Shown here: positions 30,098 to 40,506 of the stretch, in pieces
Position numbering within the stretch: the first letter of the stretch is position 1
Layout: every line of letters begins with the position of its first letter
From: an uncultured Spirochaetaceae bacterium
GTDB taxonomy: Bacteria; Spirochaetota; Spirochaetia; Treponematales; Treponemataceae
Direction: 5' to 3'
Length of the DNA: 64,000 nt
Assembly (NCBI GenBank): GCA_902789325.1
Contig: CADANN010000001.1
Coordinates: 38,024 to 102,023 of the forward strand
The notes under the pieces: model-generated
Databases searched by the model: none
The model's input: only the letters and a program-made list of their open reading frames with translations
What the model was told of the DNA's origin: nothing
Position numbers and translations under genes: made by a program

Positions 30098-31509
30098 ACC
30101 GGATAATCTCCGCTGAAGCAGCCTCTGCAGAAAGCATTACTGCCCAAAGCTTTGAGCATTCCTTCAAGACTTATAAATGCAAGCGAGTCTGCACCAATTT
30201 CCTTACGGATTTCTTCGAGTTCATGAGTACTTGAAATCAACTCACCCTTACTTGGCGTATCGATTCCAAGATAACAAGGGAACTTTACTGGTGGCGAGCT
30301 TACACGGAAGTGAACTTCTTTAGCCCCTGCCCTTCTTAAAATCTGAACAAGACGGCGGCTTGTGGTTCCACGAACAATTGAATCATCTATAACAACAACC
30401 CGTTTACCACTCAAGTCACTGCCAATGGCATTCAGTTTTACGAATACCATATTCTCACGTTCTTTCTGAGTAGGAGCAATAAAGGTTCGGCCAATATATT
30501 TGTTTTTGACTATTCCAGTTACATAAGGTATGCCGCTTTCTTTTGCATATCCGATTGCCGCACCAATTCCACTATCTGGAACGCCTATTACAACATCAGC
30601 ATCAACTTTACTTTCCTGTGCAAGCATTGCTCCCATTTTGTAACGGGCTTCCTGAACAGGGATTCCATCAATTACACTGTCCGGGCGGGCAAAATAAACA
30701 TATTCGAAAATGCAGGTTCTCTTTGCAACCGCAGGTTCAGTAGACGAACTACCGTTAGTTAGGATACTTCGCATTCCATTTTTATCAACAACTACAACTT
30801 CACCAGGCGCAACATCTCTTACAAATTTTCCATTTACGGAATCAATTGCGCAAGATTCAGAAGTGATTATATAACTACCAGAGCCTTCATTAATCTCGCC
30901 GATACAAAGAGGACGGATTCCATTAGGGTCTCGTACTGCAATCAAAACATCCTGTGTCATAATACAAAGTGCGAAAGAACCTTTTATTGCTTTTACAGCC
31001 TCAACAACTGCTTCTATGAAAAGCTCCATATCATGACCAGAGTGTCCAGGCTTTCCACCTTTTTCTATATACTTGCGAACAATTAATTTTAAGATTACTT
31101 CACTATCACTAGACGAACTGAATGTACTTCCTGAATCTTCCAGAAGAGAACGGAGTTCCGTGTGATTTACCAGCTGACCATTATGTGCAAGAGCGATTGA
31201 ACCAAACTTATAGGTATTCAAAAACGGCTGTGCATTTTCTATTGTGCGACCGCCGGCAGTGGCATAGCGAACATGACCAACTGCAACAGATCCTTCAAGC
31301 TTGGCAATATCATCACTCTTAAAAACTTCGCCCACAAGGCCCATTCCCTTGTGAAGCTTTATTTTTCCCTCAGCATCTCCGTTACTAACAGCAATTCCCG
31401 CACTCTCCTGTCCGCGGTGCTGAAGACTTGTAAGCGCGTAGTAAGCAAGCTGAGCCGCACTCTGCGCGCCGTAAATGCCAACAACTCCACATTCGTCATG
31501 CAGTCCCAT
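30094..31509 (-). CDS. purF: amidophosphoribosyltransferase
   Basis: N-terminal MGLHDECGVVGIYG (Ntn Cys) and PRTase motif VVVIDDSIVRGTT. The start abuts the gltD stop (TAAATG). Confidence 0.96.
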   Translation of the reverse strand: MGLHDECGVVGIYGAQSAAQLAYYALTSLQHRGQESAGIAVSNGDAEGKIKLHKGMGLVGEVFKSDDIAKLEGSVAVGHVRYATAGGRTIENAQPFLNTYKFGSIALAHNGQLVNHTELRSLLEDSGSTFSSSSDSEVILKLIVRKYIEKGGKPGHSGHDMELFIEAVVEAVKAIKGSFALCIMTQDVLIAVRDPNGIRPLCIGEINEGSGSYIITSESCAIDSVNGKFVRDVAPGEVVVVDKNGMRSILTNGSSSTEPAVAKRTCIFEYVYFARPDSVIDGIPVQEARYKMGAMLAQESKVDADVVIGVPDSGIGAAIGYAKESGIPYVTGIVKNKYIGRTFIAPTQKERENMVFVKLNAIGSDLSGKRVVVIDDSIVRGTTSRRLVQILRRAGAKEVHFRVSSPPVKFPCYLGIDTPSKGELISSTHELEEIRKEIGADSLAFISLEGMLKALGSNAFCRGCFSGDYPV

Positions 31510-33072
31510 TTAGTTGGCCTCGCTTAAAAGGAAGTTATCAATCTGGCGCGCACATTCACGGCCTTCTGCAATTGCCCACACAACCAGTGACTGACCGCGA
31601 TGCATATCACCAGCGGTAAATACCTTTGTAACATTTGTAGCATATCCGTTTGGACTTGCTAACTCTGGAGTTGCATCTCCTACAGAAGCAACAGTTCCAC
31701 GAGGACCAAGTTCTGTTCCAAATTCCTGAGCAGTATATTCTTCACAACCGGTGAAGCCAGCAGCAACGAGAAGCAAATCACAAGGCAATGTTTTTTCTGT
31801 TCCTTCGCGTTCTACAAGCTGACGTTTTCCATCAATCATTTTGAATTCAACTTCTACAGTGCGTACAGCAGTTATATGTCCATTTTCTTTTATTACTTCT
31901 TTTACAGTTGTTTCGTAAACTCTAGGGTCATGGCCAAATTTTGCAAGGCTTTCTTCTGCACCATAATCTACCTTGAGCACTTTAGGCCACTGTGGCCATG
32001 GATTATTAGCAGCACGCTCTACAGGTGGACAAGGCATCATTTCTATCTGTGTTACAGATTTACAACCCAAACGAATTGCAGAACCACAGCAGTCGTTTCC
32101 TGTATCACCACCACCTACAATTACAACATCTTTTCCTTCTACTTCAATTCCAAAATCCTGAACAAGCATCTGATCAATCTGCTTATTTGCAGGAGCAATA
32201 CCAATTTCTTCAAGAGCATTACTTGTTGCAATAACACTCTTTGTAACTGCTTTCAAAAAGTCTACAGCAAACATTACCCCTTTTGCATCAACTCCAGGAG
32301 CAGTAAGGGCACGCGCTTTTTTTGCACCGCAGCACAAAGCGATTGCATCAAAATCTTTCAGAATCTGAGAAGCAGCATAACTGCGACCTACATCAGCATT
32401 GAAAATAAATTCAACACCCTCTTCCTTCATAAGCTCAATACGGCGATCAACAATCTTTTTGTCCAGCTTCATATTTGGAATACCGTACATCAAAAGTCCG
32501 CCGGCCTTATCTTCGCGCTCAAAAACAGTAACGCTGTGTCCGCGGCGGTTGAGCCAATCAGCTGCTGCAAGACCAGCTGGCCCCGCACCAATTACAGCAA
32601 CTTTTTTACCACTTCGCTGAGCAGGAACTTCTGGCTTCATATAACCAGTTTCAAAAGCTTTTTCGATTATAAAGAGTTCATTATCGTGAACGGTTACAGC
32701 GCCATCCCCTACAACAGGACTTCCACAGTTACAAGCCTTTTCACAAAGAGCAGGACAAACACGACCAGTAAATTCAGGAAAAGAAGATGTCTTCAAAAGT
32801 CTCCAGGCAGCCATATCAAACTGTCCGTTATAAAGAGCATCGTTCCACTCAGGAATATAGTTATGAAGCGGACAACCCGTTACCATTCCAGCAAGTTTAA
32901 TTGCACTCTGGCACATTGGAACACCGCAGTTCATACAACGTGCAGCCTGTTCACGGCGAGCCTTTTCATCAAGCTTTGGATGAAACTCTTTAAAGTTACA
33001 TATTCGCTCAAGAGCCGGAACGTTTCCATTTTCAACTCTCTGATAATCCATGAATCCTGTTGGTTTTGCCAT
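31510..33072 (-). CDS. gltD: glutamate synthase (NADPH) small subunit
   Basis: Cys clusters for Fe-S, then GAGPAG and GGGDTG dinucleotide folds. Start trimmed to MAKPTGF because the ORF-track extension runs into the leader T-tract. Confidence 0.93.
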   Translation of the reverse strand: MAKPTGFMDYQRVENGNVPALERICNFKEFHPKLDEKARREQAARCMNCGVPMCQSAIKLAGMVTGCPLHNYIPEWNDALYNGQFDMAAWRLLKTSSFPEFTGRVCPALCEKACNCGSPVVGDGAVTVHDNELFIIEKAFETGYMKPEVPAQRSGKKVAVIGAGPAGLAAADWLNRRGHSVTVFEREDKAGGLLMYGIPNMKLDKKIVDRRIELMKEEGVEFIFNADVGRSYAASQILKDFDAIALCCGAKKARALTAPGVDAKGVMFAVDFLKAVTKSVIATSNALEEIGIAPANKQIDQMLVQDFGIEVEGKDVVIVGGGDTGNDCCGSAIRLGCKSVTQIEMMPCPPVERAANNPWPQWPKVLKVDYGAEESLAKFGHDPRVYETTVKEVIKENGHITAVRTVEVEFKMIDGKRQLVEREGTEKTLPCDLLLVAAGFTGCEEYTAQEFGTELGPRGTVASVGDATPELASPNGYATNVTKVFTAGDMHRGQSLVVWAIAEGRECARQIDNFLLSEAN

Positions 33073-33199
33073 TTTTTTCCTCGCAAAAAACAAAAAGGCG
33101 CCGTAAGAAGAATCCGAAATTTTCAGACTCTTTTTACGGCGCCTTTGCCTTTAAACTAAATTGTTTCTATATTATCGCAAAATGACATATTGTTGTCAA
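33073..33199 (-). promoter_or_regulatory. gltD-purF leader: sigma70 promoter + GGCAAAGG-box terminator hairpin
   Basis: On the minus strand: TTGACA (33199-194), 17-nt spacer, GATAAT (33176-171), box AAGGCAAAGG, hairpin arms at 33146-33134 and 33106-33094, then TTGTTTTTT. A GAGG RBS and the ATG at 33072 follow. Confidence 0.7.
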
Positions 33200-33237
33200 G
33201 TTGCGATAATCTGGAAATTCAGCGTCACACTCTAAAA

Positions 33238-35646
33238 CTATTTAGTTTCTGGTGTGTGCCACTTCCAGTTTACTACCTCTGGTAAATCTTCACCGAGTTC
33301 TGAGATGTGCTGCTTGTGAGCAACGAGAGTATCATTCATCTTCTGAACGAGGTGGCTAGATTTGTTTCCAAGCTGTGGCAAGTACTGCAATGCAGCCTTT
33401 ACGAGGTCGAAGCGGTCAATCTTGTTCTGTACGCGCATGTCGAACGGAGTTGTGATTGTACCTTCTTCGTGGTATCCATAAACGTGGAGGTTGCGGTTTT
33501 CACGAAGATATGTGAGCTCGTGTACCAGCTTTGGATATCCATGGAATGCGAAAATGATTGGCTTGTCCTTTGTGAACAAAGCATTGTATTCGCTTTCGCT
33601 GAGTCCGTGTGGATGCTGATGATCGCTCTGGAGTTTCATCAAGTCTACAACGTTTACAAAGCGGATCTTGAGTTCTGGAAGATTATCGCGAAGGATTGTT
33701 GTAGCAGCAAGTGCTTCAAGAGTTGGTGTATCACCACAACAAGCCATTACGAGATCTGGTTCCTGACCATCATCGTTAGAAGCCCAGTCCCAGATACCAA
33801 TACCCTGAGTACAGTGTTTAACTGCCTGATCCATTGTAAGCCACTGGCAGCTTGGGTGCTTAGAAGCAACAATTACGTTTACGTAGTTCTTGCTCTTAAT
33901 ACAGTGGTCGAATGTAGAAAGAAGACAGTTTGTATCAGGCGGCAAGTACATACGTACAACGTCAGCCTTTTTGTTAGAAATATGATCGAGGAATCCTGGA
34001 TCCTGGTGTGTGAATCCGTTGTGGTCCTGCTGCCATACGTTTGATGTAAGGATGAGGTTCAAAGATGCGATTGGTGCACGCCACTTGAGCTGTGAGCAAA
34101 CCTTGAGCCATTTTGCATGCTGAGAAGCCATTGAGTCGATGATACGAATGAATGCTTCGTAGCTTGCGAAGAATCCGTGACGACCTGTAAGGAGGTAACC
34201 TTCGAGCCAACCTTCACACATATGCTCAGAAAGGTATGAGTCCATGATACGTCCGTTGTGAGCGAGCTTATCATCTGTTGGAAGGATTTCTGCGTTGAAG
34301 TCGCGGTTTGTAGCTTCGAATGCAGCATAAAGTCTGTTAGACATAGACTCATCTGGTCCGAAGATACGGAAGTTCTTGTTGTCTTCGTTGAGCTTAAGAA
34401 CATCGCGGATATAGTTTCCGAGCTCTTTCATATCCTGTGCTTTTACGCTACCAGGAGTTTTAACTTCGAGAGCATATTTTTTGAAGTCAGGTGTGCGGAG
34501 GTCCTTAAGAAGGTTACCACCGTTTGCATGTGGGTTAGCAGAAATTCTGTGTTCACCCTTTGGAGCGATAGCCTGGATTTCAGCCTTGAGGCGGTAGTTC
34601 TCATCAAAGAGTTCTTCCGGCTTGTAAGACTTGAGCCATGCTTCGAGTTCCTTCATGTGTTTTGCTTCATTTGGATCTGGCTTTGTGAGGTCGATAGGAA
34701 CCTGGTGTGCACGGAATGAGTTTTCAATTGGAAGGCCGTCGTCGTTGAACTTTGGACCTGTCCATCCCTTTGGAGTGCGGAGAACGATCATAGGCCAGAA
34801 TGGGCGCTCTGTTTTTCCGTTTACACGAGCATCGCGCTGAATCTTCTGAATCTTTTCAATACACTTATCAACAGCAGCAGCCATTGCGTGGTGTACTTCC
34901 ATGTGGTCTGTATCTGGAGTTGCTTCAACAAAGATTGGATCCCAACCACAACCGTGGAAGAAGCTCTTTACTTCGTCCTTAGAAATACGTGCAAATATAG
35001 TTGGGTTAGAAATCTTATATCCGTTGAGGTGGAGGATTGGAAGAACTGCACCGTCTGTTACAGGATTAAGGAATTTGTTTGAGTGCCATGCTGTAGCCAA
35101 TGGACCAGTTTCTGCTTCACCATCACCTACGATACAAGTTGTAATGAGGTTAGGATTATCAAATACAGAACCGAATGCGTGAGCGATAGAATAACCAAGC
35201 TCACCACCTTCGTTGATAGAACCTGGAGTTTCTGGAGCAACGTGGCTTGAGATTCCGCCTGGGAATGAGAACTGCTTGCAAAGACGGCTCATACCTTCTT
35301 CATCAAGACTTACGTTTGGATAAACCTCTGAATAGTAACCTTCAAGATAAGAGTTAGCTACGAAGAAGTTTCCTCCATGTCCTGGACCTGAAATAAGAAT
35401 CATGTCGAGATTGTATTTTGTGATAGCTCGGTTCAAGTGAGTATACACAAAGTTCTGGCCTGGAACTGTACCCCAGTGACCAACGATTTTTGTTTTTACC
35501 TGATCGCGTGTTAAAGGCTTTCTCAAAAGAGGATTCTCTTTCATGTAAAGCTGGGCAGCTGCAAGATAGTTAGTTGCACGCCAGTACTGATCAAGTCGGT
35601 TGAAGTATTCTTCTGAATCTTCAATGCGTTTTGCCTTTTTTGACAT
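33238..35646 (-). CDS. xfp: xylulose-5-P/fructose-6-P phosphoketolase
   Basis: 802 aa. Typical N-terminus ([14 protein letters not shown]...HWGTxPG) and a ThDP motif region GDGEAETG. Confidence 0.95.
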   Translation of the reverse strand: MSKKAKRIEDSEEYFNRLDQYWRATNYLAAAQLYMKENPLLRKPLTRDQVKTKIVGHWGTVPGQNFVYTHLNRAITKYNLDMILISGPGHGGNFFVANSYLEGYYSEVYPNVSLDEEGMSRLCKQFSFPGGISSHVAPETPGSINEGGELGYSIAHAFGSVFDNPNLITTCIVGDGEAETGPLATAWHSNKFLNPVTDGAVLPILHLNGYKISNPTIFARISKDEVKSFFHGCGWDPIFVEATPDTDHMEVHHAMAAAVDKCIEKIQKIQRDARVNGKTERPFWPMIVLRTPKGWTGPKFNDDGLPIENSFRAHQVPIDLTKPDPNEAKHMKELEAWLKSYKPEELFDENYRLKAEIQAIAPKGEHRISANPHANGGNLLKDLRTPDFKKYALEVKTPGSVKAQDMKELGNYIRDVLKLNEDNKNFRIFGPDESMSNRLYAAFEATNRDFNAEILPTDDKLAHNGRIMDSYLSEHMCEGWLEGYLLTGRHGFFASYEAFIRIIDSMASQHAKWLKVCSQLKWRAPIASLNLILTSNVWQQDHNGFTHQDPGFLDHISNKKADVVRMYLPPDTNCLLSTFDHCIKSKNYVNVIVASKHPSCQWLTMDQAVKHCTQGIGIWDWASNDDGQEPDLVMACCGDTPTLEALAATTILRDNLPELKIRFVNVVDLMKLQSDHQHPHGLSESEYNALFTKDKPIIFAFHGYPKLVHELTYLRENRNLHVYGYHEEGTITTPFDMRVQNKIDRFDLVKAALQYLPQLGNKSSHLVQKMNDTLVAHKQHISELGEDLPEVVNWKWHTPETK

Positions 35647-35746
35647 ATAAAACTCCTGAGTAGGTTTACCCGTGGGCTTTCCTACAAAAAATTACGATAG
35701 GAGTTTACTGGTATGCAAGTTTTATTGCAATAGGATTTTAGGGCTT

Positions 35747-35798
35747 TAACGCAAATTTTACCCATTTTTATTTATAAAAGGGGGTAAAATTTGCGTTA
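35747..35798. promoter_or_regulatory. 17-bp perfect inverted repeat upstream of the xfp promoter
   Basis: TAACGCAAATTTTACCC (35747-63) and GGGTAAAATTTGCGTTA (35782-98) with an 18-nt spacer. On the minus strand the xfp promoter TTGCAA-17-TAAACT lies at 35730-35702. Confidence 0.55.
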
Positions 35799-35919
35799 TA
35801 AGGTATTTATATTTTGTTATAAATCAACTTTTTCCCCTTTTTGATTCTTTAAAAGGGGTGATTTTAATTTATAAGCCATTTTCGAACTCAAAATAAAGTT
35901 TCAAATGGCTTATAAAGCA

Positions 35920-38900
35920 CTATGCAGTGCACTTACGGAATGCAGCAAGAACTGCATCTTCATGATTTGCAATTGTTTTTTCCTGCTCAACGATTTCCTT
36001 CATGATACGAAGGTAGTCATTAGGGATGATTTTCTTGAATTTTGTTTTCATATTATCCCAATCAGCAAGAATTGCTTTTGCACGCTCACTGCCAGTTTCT
36101 TTTGCATGCTGTTCGATGAGTGCGTAGAGATGATTTTCATCAGTTGTGCCACTAAGGGTTGTTGTCTCATCATCAAGAGCATACATTTTTACCAGTTCGT
36201 GATTCATGCGTTTATAAAGATCATGATTTTCATCAAGAACATAGGCTACACCACCGCTCATACCGGCACAGAGATTCTTTCCGGTTCCTCCAAGAATTAC
36301 AGCTGTACCACCAGTCATATATTCAAGACCATGATCACCACAACCTTCGGCTACAACAGTTGCACCAGAGTTTCGAACACAGAAACGTTCACCGGCTACA
36401 CCATTAATAAATGCAGTTCCGCTGGTTGCTCCAAACAATGCTACGTTACCTACGATTATATTTCCGTCAGCTTTACCTTCGAACTCTGCAGGCTTTTTGA
36501 TTACAAGCTTTCCGCCACTCAAACCTTTACCGAATGCGTCGTTTGCATCTCCAGTAAGGCGCAATGTAAGTCCCTTTGGAATAAAAGCACCAAAGCTCTG
36601 GCCTGCACCACCTTTGAAGTTTACGCAGTAAGTGTCATCAGAAAGTGTATTTCCGAATTTTTTCTGAATTTCAGAGCCGAGTATTGTACCAACAGTTCGG
36701 TCTGTAGACTGGATGTCGATTAAATCACCAGTTTTCTTATTTTCAAAATCCGGAACAAGTTTTGTAAGATCAATGCGTTTTTCAAGCTCAAAGTCAAAAA
36801 GTGAACGGTCAGCTTTCCAATCGCCGCCAGCTTCTGCATTAGCAAGAACACGGCTCATATCAACCAGCCCTGCTCTCTTGAAGCCCTGCTTATCCTTAAG
36901 CTTGAGCAAATCAGTTCTACCACAGAGCTCTTCTACAGTACGAACTCCAAGTTTTGCCATAATCTCACGCATTTCCTGAGCAATGAACTTCATAAAATTG
37001 ATTACGTATTCAGGCTTTCCAGGGAATTTTGCGCGAAGCTTTTCGTTCTGAGTTGCAACACCAAATGGACAGGTATCCAGCTGACATACACGCATCATAG
37101 AACAGCCCATAGCAATAAGAGGAGCAGTAGCAAAACCGAATTCTTCTGCACCAAGAAGAGCTGCAATTACGACATCACGACCACTCATAAGCTTACCATC
37201 AGTTTCAATTACAACACGACCACGAAGTCCATTCTGAATCAGAGTCTGGTGAGTTTCAGCAAGACCAAGCTCCCAAGGTAAACCAGCATGATGGATTGAA
37301 CTGATTGGAGCCGCACCTGTACCACCGTCGTGACCAGAAATCAAAATTACCTGAGCACCAGCTTTTGCAACACCAGCGGCAATTGTTCCAACGCCGGCTT
37401 CACTTACAAGCTTTACACTGATACGTGCTGCACGGTTTGCATTTTTCAAATCGTAAATCAGCTGAGCCAAATCTTCGATAGAATAGATATCATGATGAGG
37501 TGGAGGCGAAATCAAAGCAACACCAGGGGTTGCATATCTTGTTTTTGCAATCCAAGGATAAACCTTTTTACCAGGCAAATGTCCACCTTCACCAGGCTTA
37601 GCCCCCTGTGCCATCTTAATCTGGATTTCGCGGGCACTCAAAAGATATTCTTCTGTAACACCAAAACGTCCAGAAGCAACCTGTTTAATTGCAGAGTTAT
37701 ATTCTGTTCCAAGACGCTCCGGTTTTTCTCCACCTTCTCCACTGTTGCTTTTTCCGTGAATGGCATTCATTGCAGCGGCCATACATTTATGAGCCTCTTC
37801 ACTGATTGAACCATAACTCATGGCACCAGTCTTAAAGCGTTTTACAATCTCGTCTACACTTTCAACTTCATCAATTGAAATACCTTCACCGGCTTTTTCA
37901 AAATCAAAATCGAGCATTGCACGAAGAGTATGTGGATGAGAGTTATCGTCAACTAACGCAGTGTATTCCTTAAAGCGAGTGTAATCTCCATTGCGGGTTG
38001 CCTGCTGCAAAGCCACAATAGTCTCTGGATTATAAAGATGGCTTTCTGCCTGAGGGCCACGACGGAATTTATGCTTACCGAAAGAATCCAGATGCTGGTT
38101 TACAGTAAGGCCAGCAGGATCAAAGCCCTGATCGTGATGATAGCGAACGTCTTCTTCTATTTCTTTAAGACCTACCCCTCCAACACGGCTGACTGTATTT
38201 GTAAAATATTTTTCAACTACGTCACCGGCAATTCCAACTGCTTCAAAAATCTGAGCACTCTGGTAAGACTGAATTGTTGAGATACCCATTTTTGCAGCAA
38301 TCTTTACAATACCATTTATAATTGCCTTATTATAATCATCAATTGCTGTGTGATAATCTTTATCAAGAATTTTCTGATCAATAAGTTCTGCAATTGCTTC
38401 GTGTGCAAGATAAGGGTTGATTGCACGGGCACCATAACCAAGACACATTGCAGCCTGATGAACATCTCGAACTTCTGCAGTCTCAAGAATAATAGAAATT
38501 GCAGTACGCTTTTTTGTTCGGATTAAATACTGTTCAACAGCACTGGTTGCAAGGATAGCAGGAATTGCAGCGTGAGTTTCATCTACACCGCGGTCACTAA
38601 GAATGATGATGTTGTATCCATCGACATAAGCAGCATCGATTTGTGCAAAGAGTTTTTCAAGTGCAGTTTTCAACAGACTGTCACCCCGAACTTGTTTCGG
38701 GGTCTCATTTGTAGATGCTGAAACAAGTTCAGCATGACTATCTTTATTCAAATCAAATAAAATTGAAATTGTTTTTGTCTTAAGTCCCGGCTGATTCAAA
38801 GTACTGATTTTCATCAAATCTGTACCAGTCAAAATCGGATTATTAATTTCAAGAACACGACAGTTCTTTGCCTCCGGCTGCAAAAGGTTACCATCCTTTC

Positions 38901-40506
38901 CAACATAAACAGTAGTGTCAGTAACAACCTTCTCACGAAGACTATCAATAGGAGGGTTTGTAACCTGAGCAAAAAGCTGCTTGAAGTAAGAGAAAAGCGA
39001 CGGATGTTTTTCACTCATTACAGCAAGCGGAGTATCAACACCCATACTTGCAGTAGGTTCTACACCGTTACGAGCCATAGGCAGAATCATTTCATTTACA
39101 TCTTCATAATTCCAGCCGAAAGCACGGTACATGATATTTCTTTCATCCTGAGTAAATACAGGAATCTTTTTGTTTGGAATCTTCAGATCAGCAAGGTGAA
39201 TAAGATTCATATCAAGCCATTCACCATAAGGATAAAGTGAAGCATATTCTTTTTTACATTCTTCATCAGAAATGATTTTTTTCTGAACAGTATCTACAAG
39301 AAGGATTCTTCCCGGCTGCAAACGTGATTTAATTTTTATATTTTCTTCTGGAATATCAAGAACACCAACTTCACTGCTCAAAATAAGCATATTGTCTTTT
39401 GTGATGTAATAGCGGCTTGGACGAAGACCATTACGATCAAGAGTTGCACCAAGCAAATCACCATCACTAAACAGAATTGCAGCAGGACCATCCCAGCTTT
39501 CCATCATAGTTGCCCAGTAATGATAAAAATCTTTTTTATTCTGAGGCATATTATCATCGTGTTTCCAAGGTTCAGGAATACACATCATTACAGCAAGAGG
39601 AAGAGGAACGCCGTTCATAACCAGGAACTCGAGAGTATTATCGAGCATTGCAGAGTCAGAACCAGTAGTATCTACTGCAGGAAGGATTTTCTGCATCTGA
39701 GTTTTATCAAGTTTGGTAGAACTAACAGTTTCTTCTCGAGCAAGCATACGGTCAACGTTTCCACGGATTGTATTGATTTCTCCGTTATGCGCAATAAAGC
39801 GGTTTGGATGAGCACGCTGCCAGCTAGGCTGAGTATTTGTAGAAAAGCGGGAATGAACAAGAGCAAGAGCCGATTCATAATCAGCAGACTGTAAATCGCT
39901 GTAAAAAGTGCGGAGCTCATGAACAAGGAACATACCTTTGTAAACAATTGTACGGCTGCTCAAAGAACAAACATATGTTTTATGTTCGCTGTCCTGTTTT
40001 TCAAACTCGCGTCTGGCAATATAAAGTCTGCGGTCGAAATCAATTCCCTTCTCACATTCAGAAGGACGCGCAATAAAGGCCTGCCAGATATTAGGCATAC
40101 AGTCACGCGCCTTTTTACCAAGCACTTCAGCATTTACAGGAACTTTACGCCAGCCAAGGAACTTCAATCCTTCTGCAGAACAGCATTTTTCAAAACGAGC
40201 TTTTTCAGAAGCACAAACAGTATCGTCTCCAGGAAAGAAAAACTGACCAATACCGTAATCGCGTTCACCAAGCGAACCAATCAAATCCTGCACAGCCTGC
40301 TTATAAAACTTGTGACAAATCTGAACAAGAATACCTACACCATCTCCAGTTTCACCGCTGGCATCTTTACCTGCACGGTGTTCAAGTTTTTCAACGATAC
40401 TCAAGGCATTATCAACAATTTTGTGCGTTTTAGAACCGTCAATATTTACTACCGCACCAATACCGCAAGCATCATGTTCAAATGCTGGTTCATACAATGT
40501 TTTCAT
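35920..40506 (-). CDS. gltB: glutamate synthase large subunit
   Basis: 1528 aa. N-terminal Ntn Cys (FEHDACGIG), FMN/3Fe-4S central domains and a C-terminal GXGXG beta-helix domain. Confidence 0.97.
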   Translation of the reverse strand: MKTLYEPAFEHDACGIGAVVNIDGSKTHKIVDNALSIVEKLEHRAGKDASGETGDGVGILVQICHKFYKQAVQDLIGSLGERDYGIGQFFFPGDDTVCASEKARFEKCCSAEGLKFLGWRKVPVNAEVLGKKARDCMPNIWQAFIARPSECEKGIDFDRRLYIARREFEKQDSEHKTYVCSLSSRTIVYKGMFLVHELRTFYSDLQSADYESALALVHSRFSTNTQPSWQRAHPNRFIAHNGEINTIRGNVDRMLAREETVSSTKLDKTQMQKILPAVDTTGSDSAMLDNTLEFLVMNGVPLPLAVMMCIPEPWKHDDNMPQNKKDFYHYWATMMESWDGPAAILFSDGDLLGATLDRNGLRPSRYYITKDNMLILSSEVGVLDIPEENIKIKSRLQPGRILLVDTVQKKIISDEECKKEYASLYPYGEWLDMNLIHLADLKIPNKKIPVFTQDERNIMYRAFGWNYEDVNEMILPMARNGVEPTASMGVDTPLAVMSEKHPSLFSYFKQLFAQVTNPPIDSLREKVVTDTTVYVGKDGNLLQPEAKNCRVLEINNPILTGTDLMKISTLNQPGLKTKTISILFDLNKDSHAELVSASTNETPKQVRGDSLLKTALEKLFAQIDAAYVDGYNIIILSDRGVDETHAAIPAILATSAVEQYLIRTKKRTAISIILETAEVRDVHQAAMCLGYGARAINPYLAHEAIAELIDQKILDKDYHTAIDDYNKAIINGIVKIAAKMGISTIQSYQSAQIFEAVGIAGDVVEKYFTNTVSRVGGVGLKEIEEDVRYHHDQGFDPAGLTVNQHLDSFGKHKFRRGPQAESHLYNPETIVALQQATRNGDYTRFKEYTALVDDNSHPHTLRAMLDFDFEKAGEGISIDEVESVDEIVKRFKTGAMSYGSISEEAHKCMAAAMNAIHGKSNSGEGGEKPERLGTEYNSAIKQVASGRFGVTEEYLLSAREIQIKMAQGAKPGEGGHLPGKKVYPWIAKTRYATPGVALISPPPHHDIYSIEDLAQLIYDLKNANRAARISVKLVSEAGVGTIAAGVAKAGAQVILISGHDGGTGAAPISSIHHAGLPWELGLAETHQTLIQNGLRGRVVIETDGKLMSGRDVVIAALLGAEEFGFATAPLIAMGCSMMRVCQLDTCPFGVATQNEKLRAKFPGKPEYVINFMKFIAQEMREIMAKLGVRTVEELCGRTDLLKLKDKQGFKRAGLVDMSRVLANAEAGGDWKADRSLFDFELEKRIDLTKLVPDFENKKTGDLIDIQSTDRTVGTILGSEIQKKFGNTLSDDTYCVNFKGGAGQSFGAFIPKGLTLRLTGDANDAFGKGLSGGKLVIKKPAEFEGKADGNIIVGNVALFGATSGTAFINGVAGERFCVRNSGATVVAEGCGDHGLEYMTGGTAVILGGTGKNLCAGMSGGVAYVLDENHDLYKRMNHELVKMYALDDETTTLSGTTDENHLYALIEQHAKETGSERAKAILADWDNMKTKFKKIIPNDYLRIMKEIVEQEKTIANHEDAVLAAFRKCTA
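38680..38738. repeat. 59-nt double-hairpin repeat element inside gltB (copy A, complete)
   Basis: GTCA-CCCCGAA-CTTGT-TTCGGGG-TCTCATTTGTAG-ATGCTGAA-ACAAG-TTCAGCAT-GAC. It is translated in frame as SHAELVSASTNETPKQVRGD. Confidence 0.8.

Noticed and set aside
31876-33159. Long antisense ORFs opposite strongly recognisable genes: 31876..33159 (427 aa), 33307..34044, 35905..36723, 39919..40626, 16235..17041, 60288..60950, 8390..8818 and others.
   Set aside because: They lie entirely inside, and antisense to, genes with unambiguous conserved motifs (gltD, xfp, gltB, ABC, carB, clpB). Their translations are low-complexity (Ser, Phe, Cys, Asn-rich) with no motifs. This is a typical shadow-ORF artefact.
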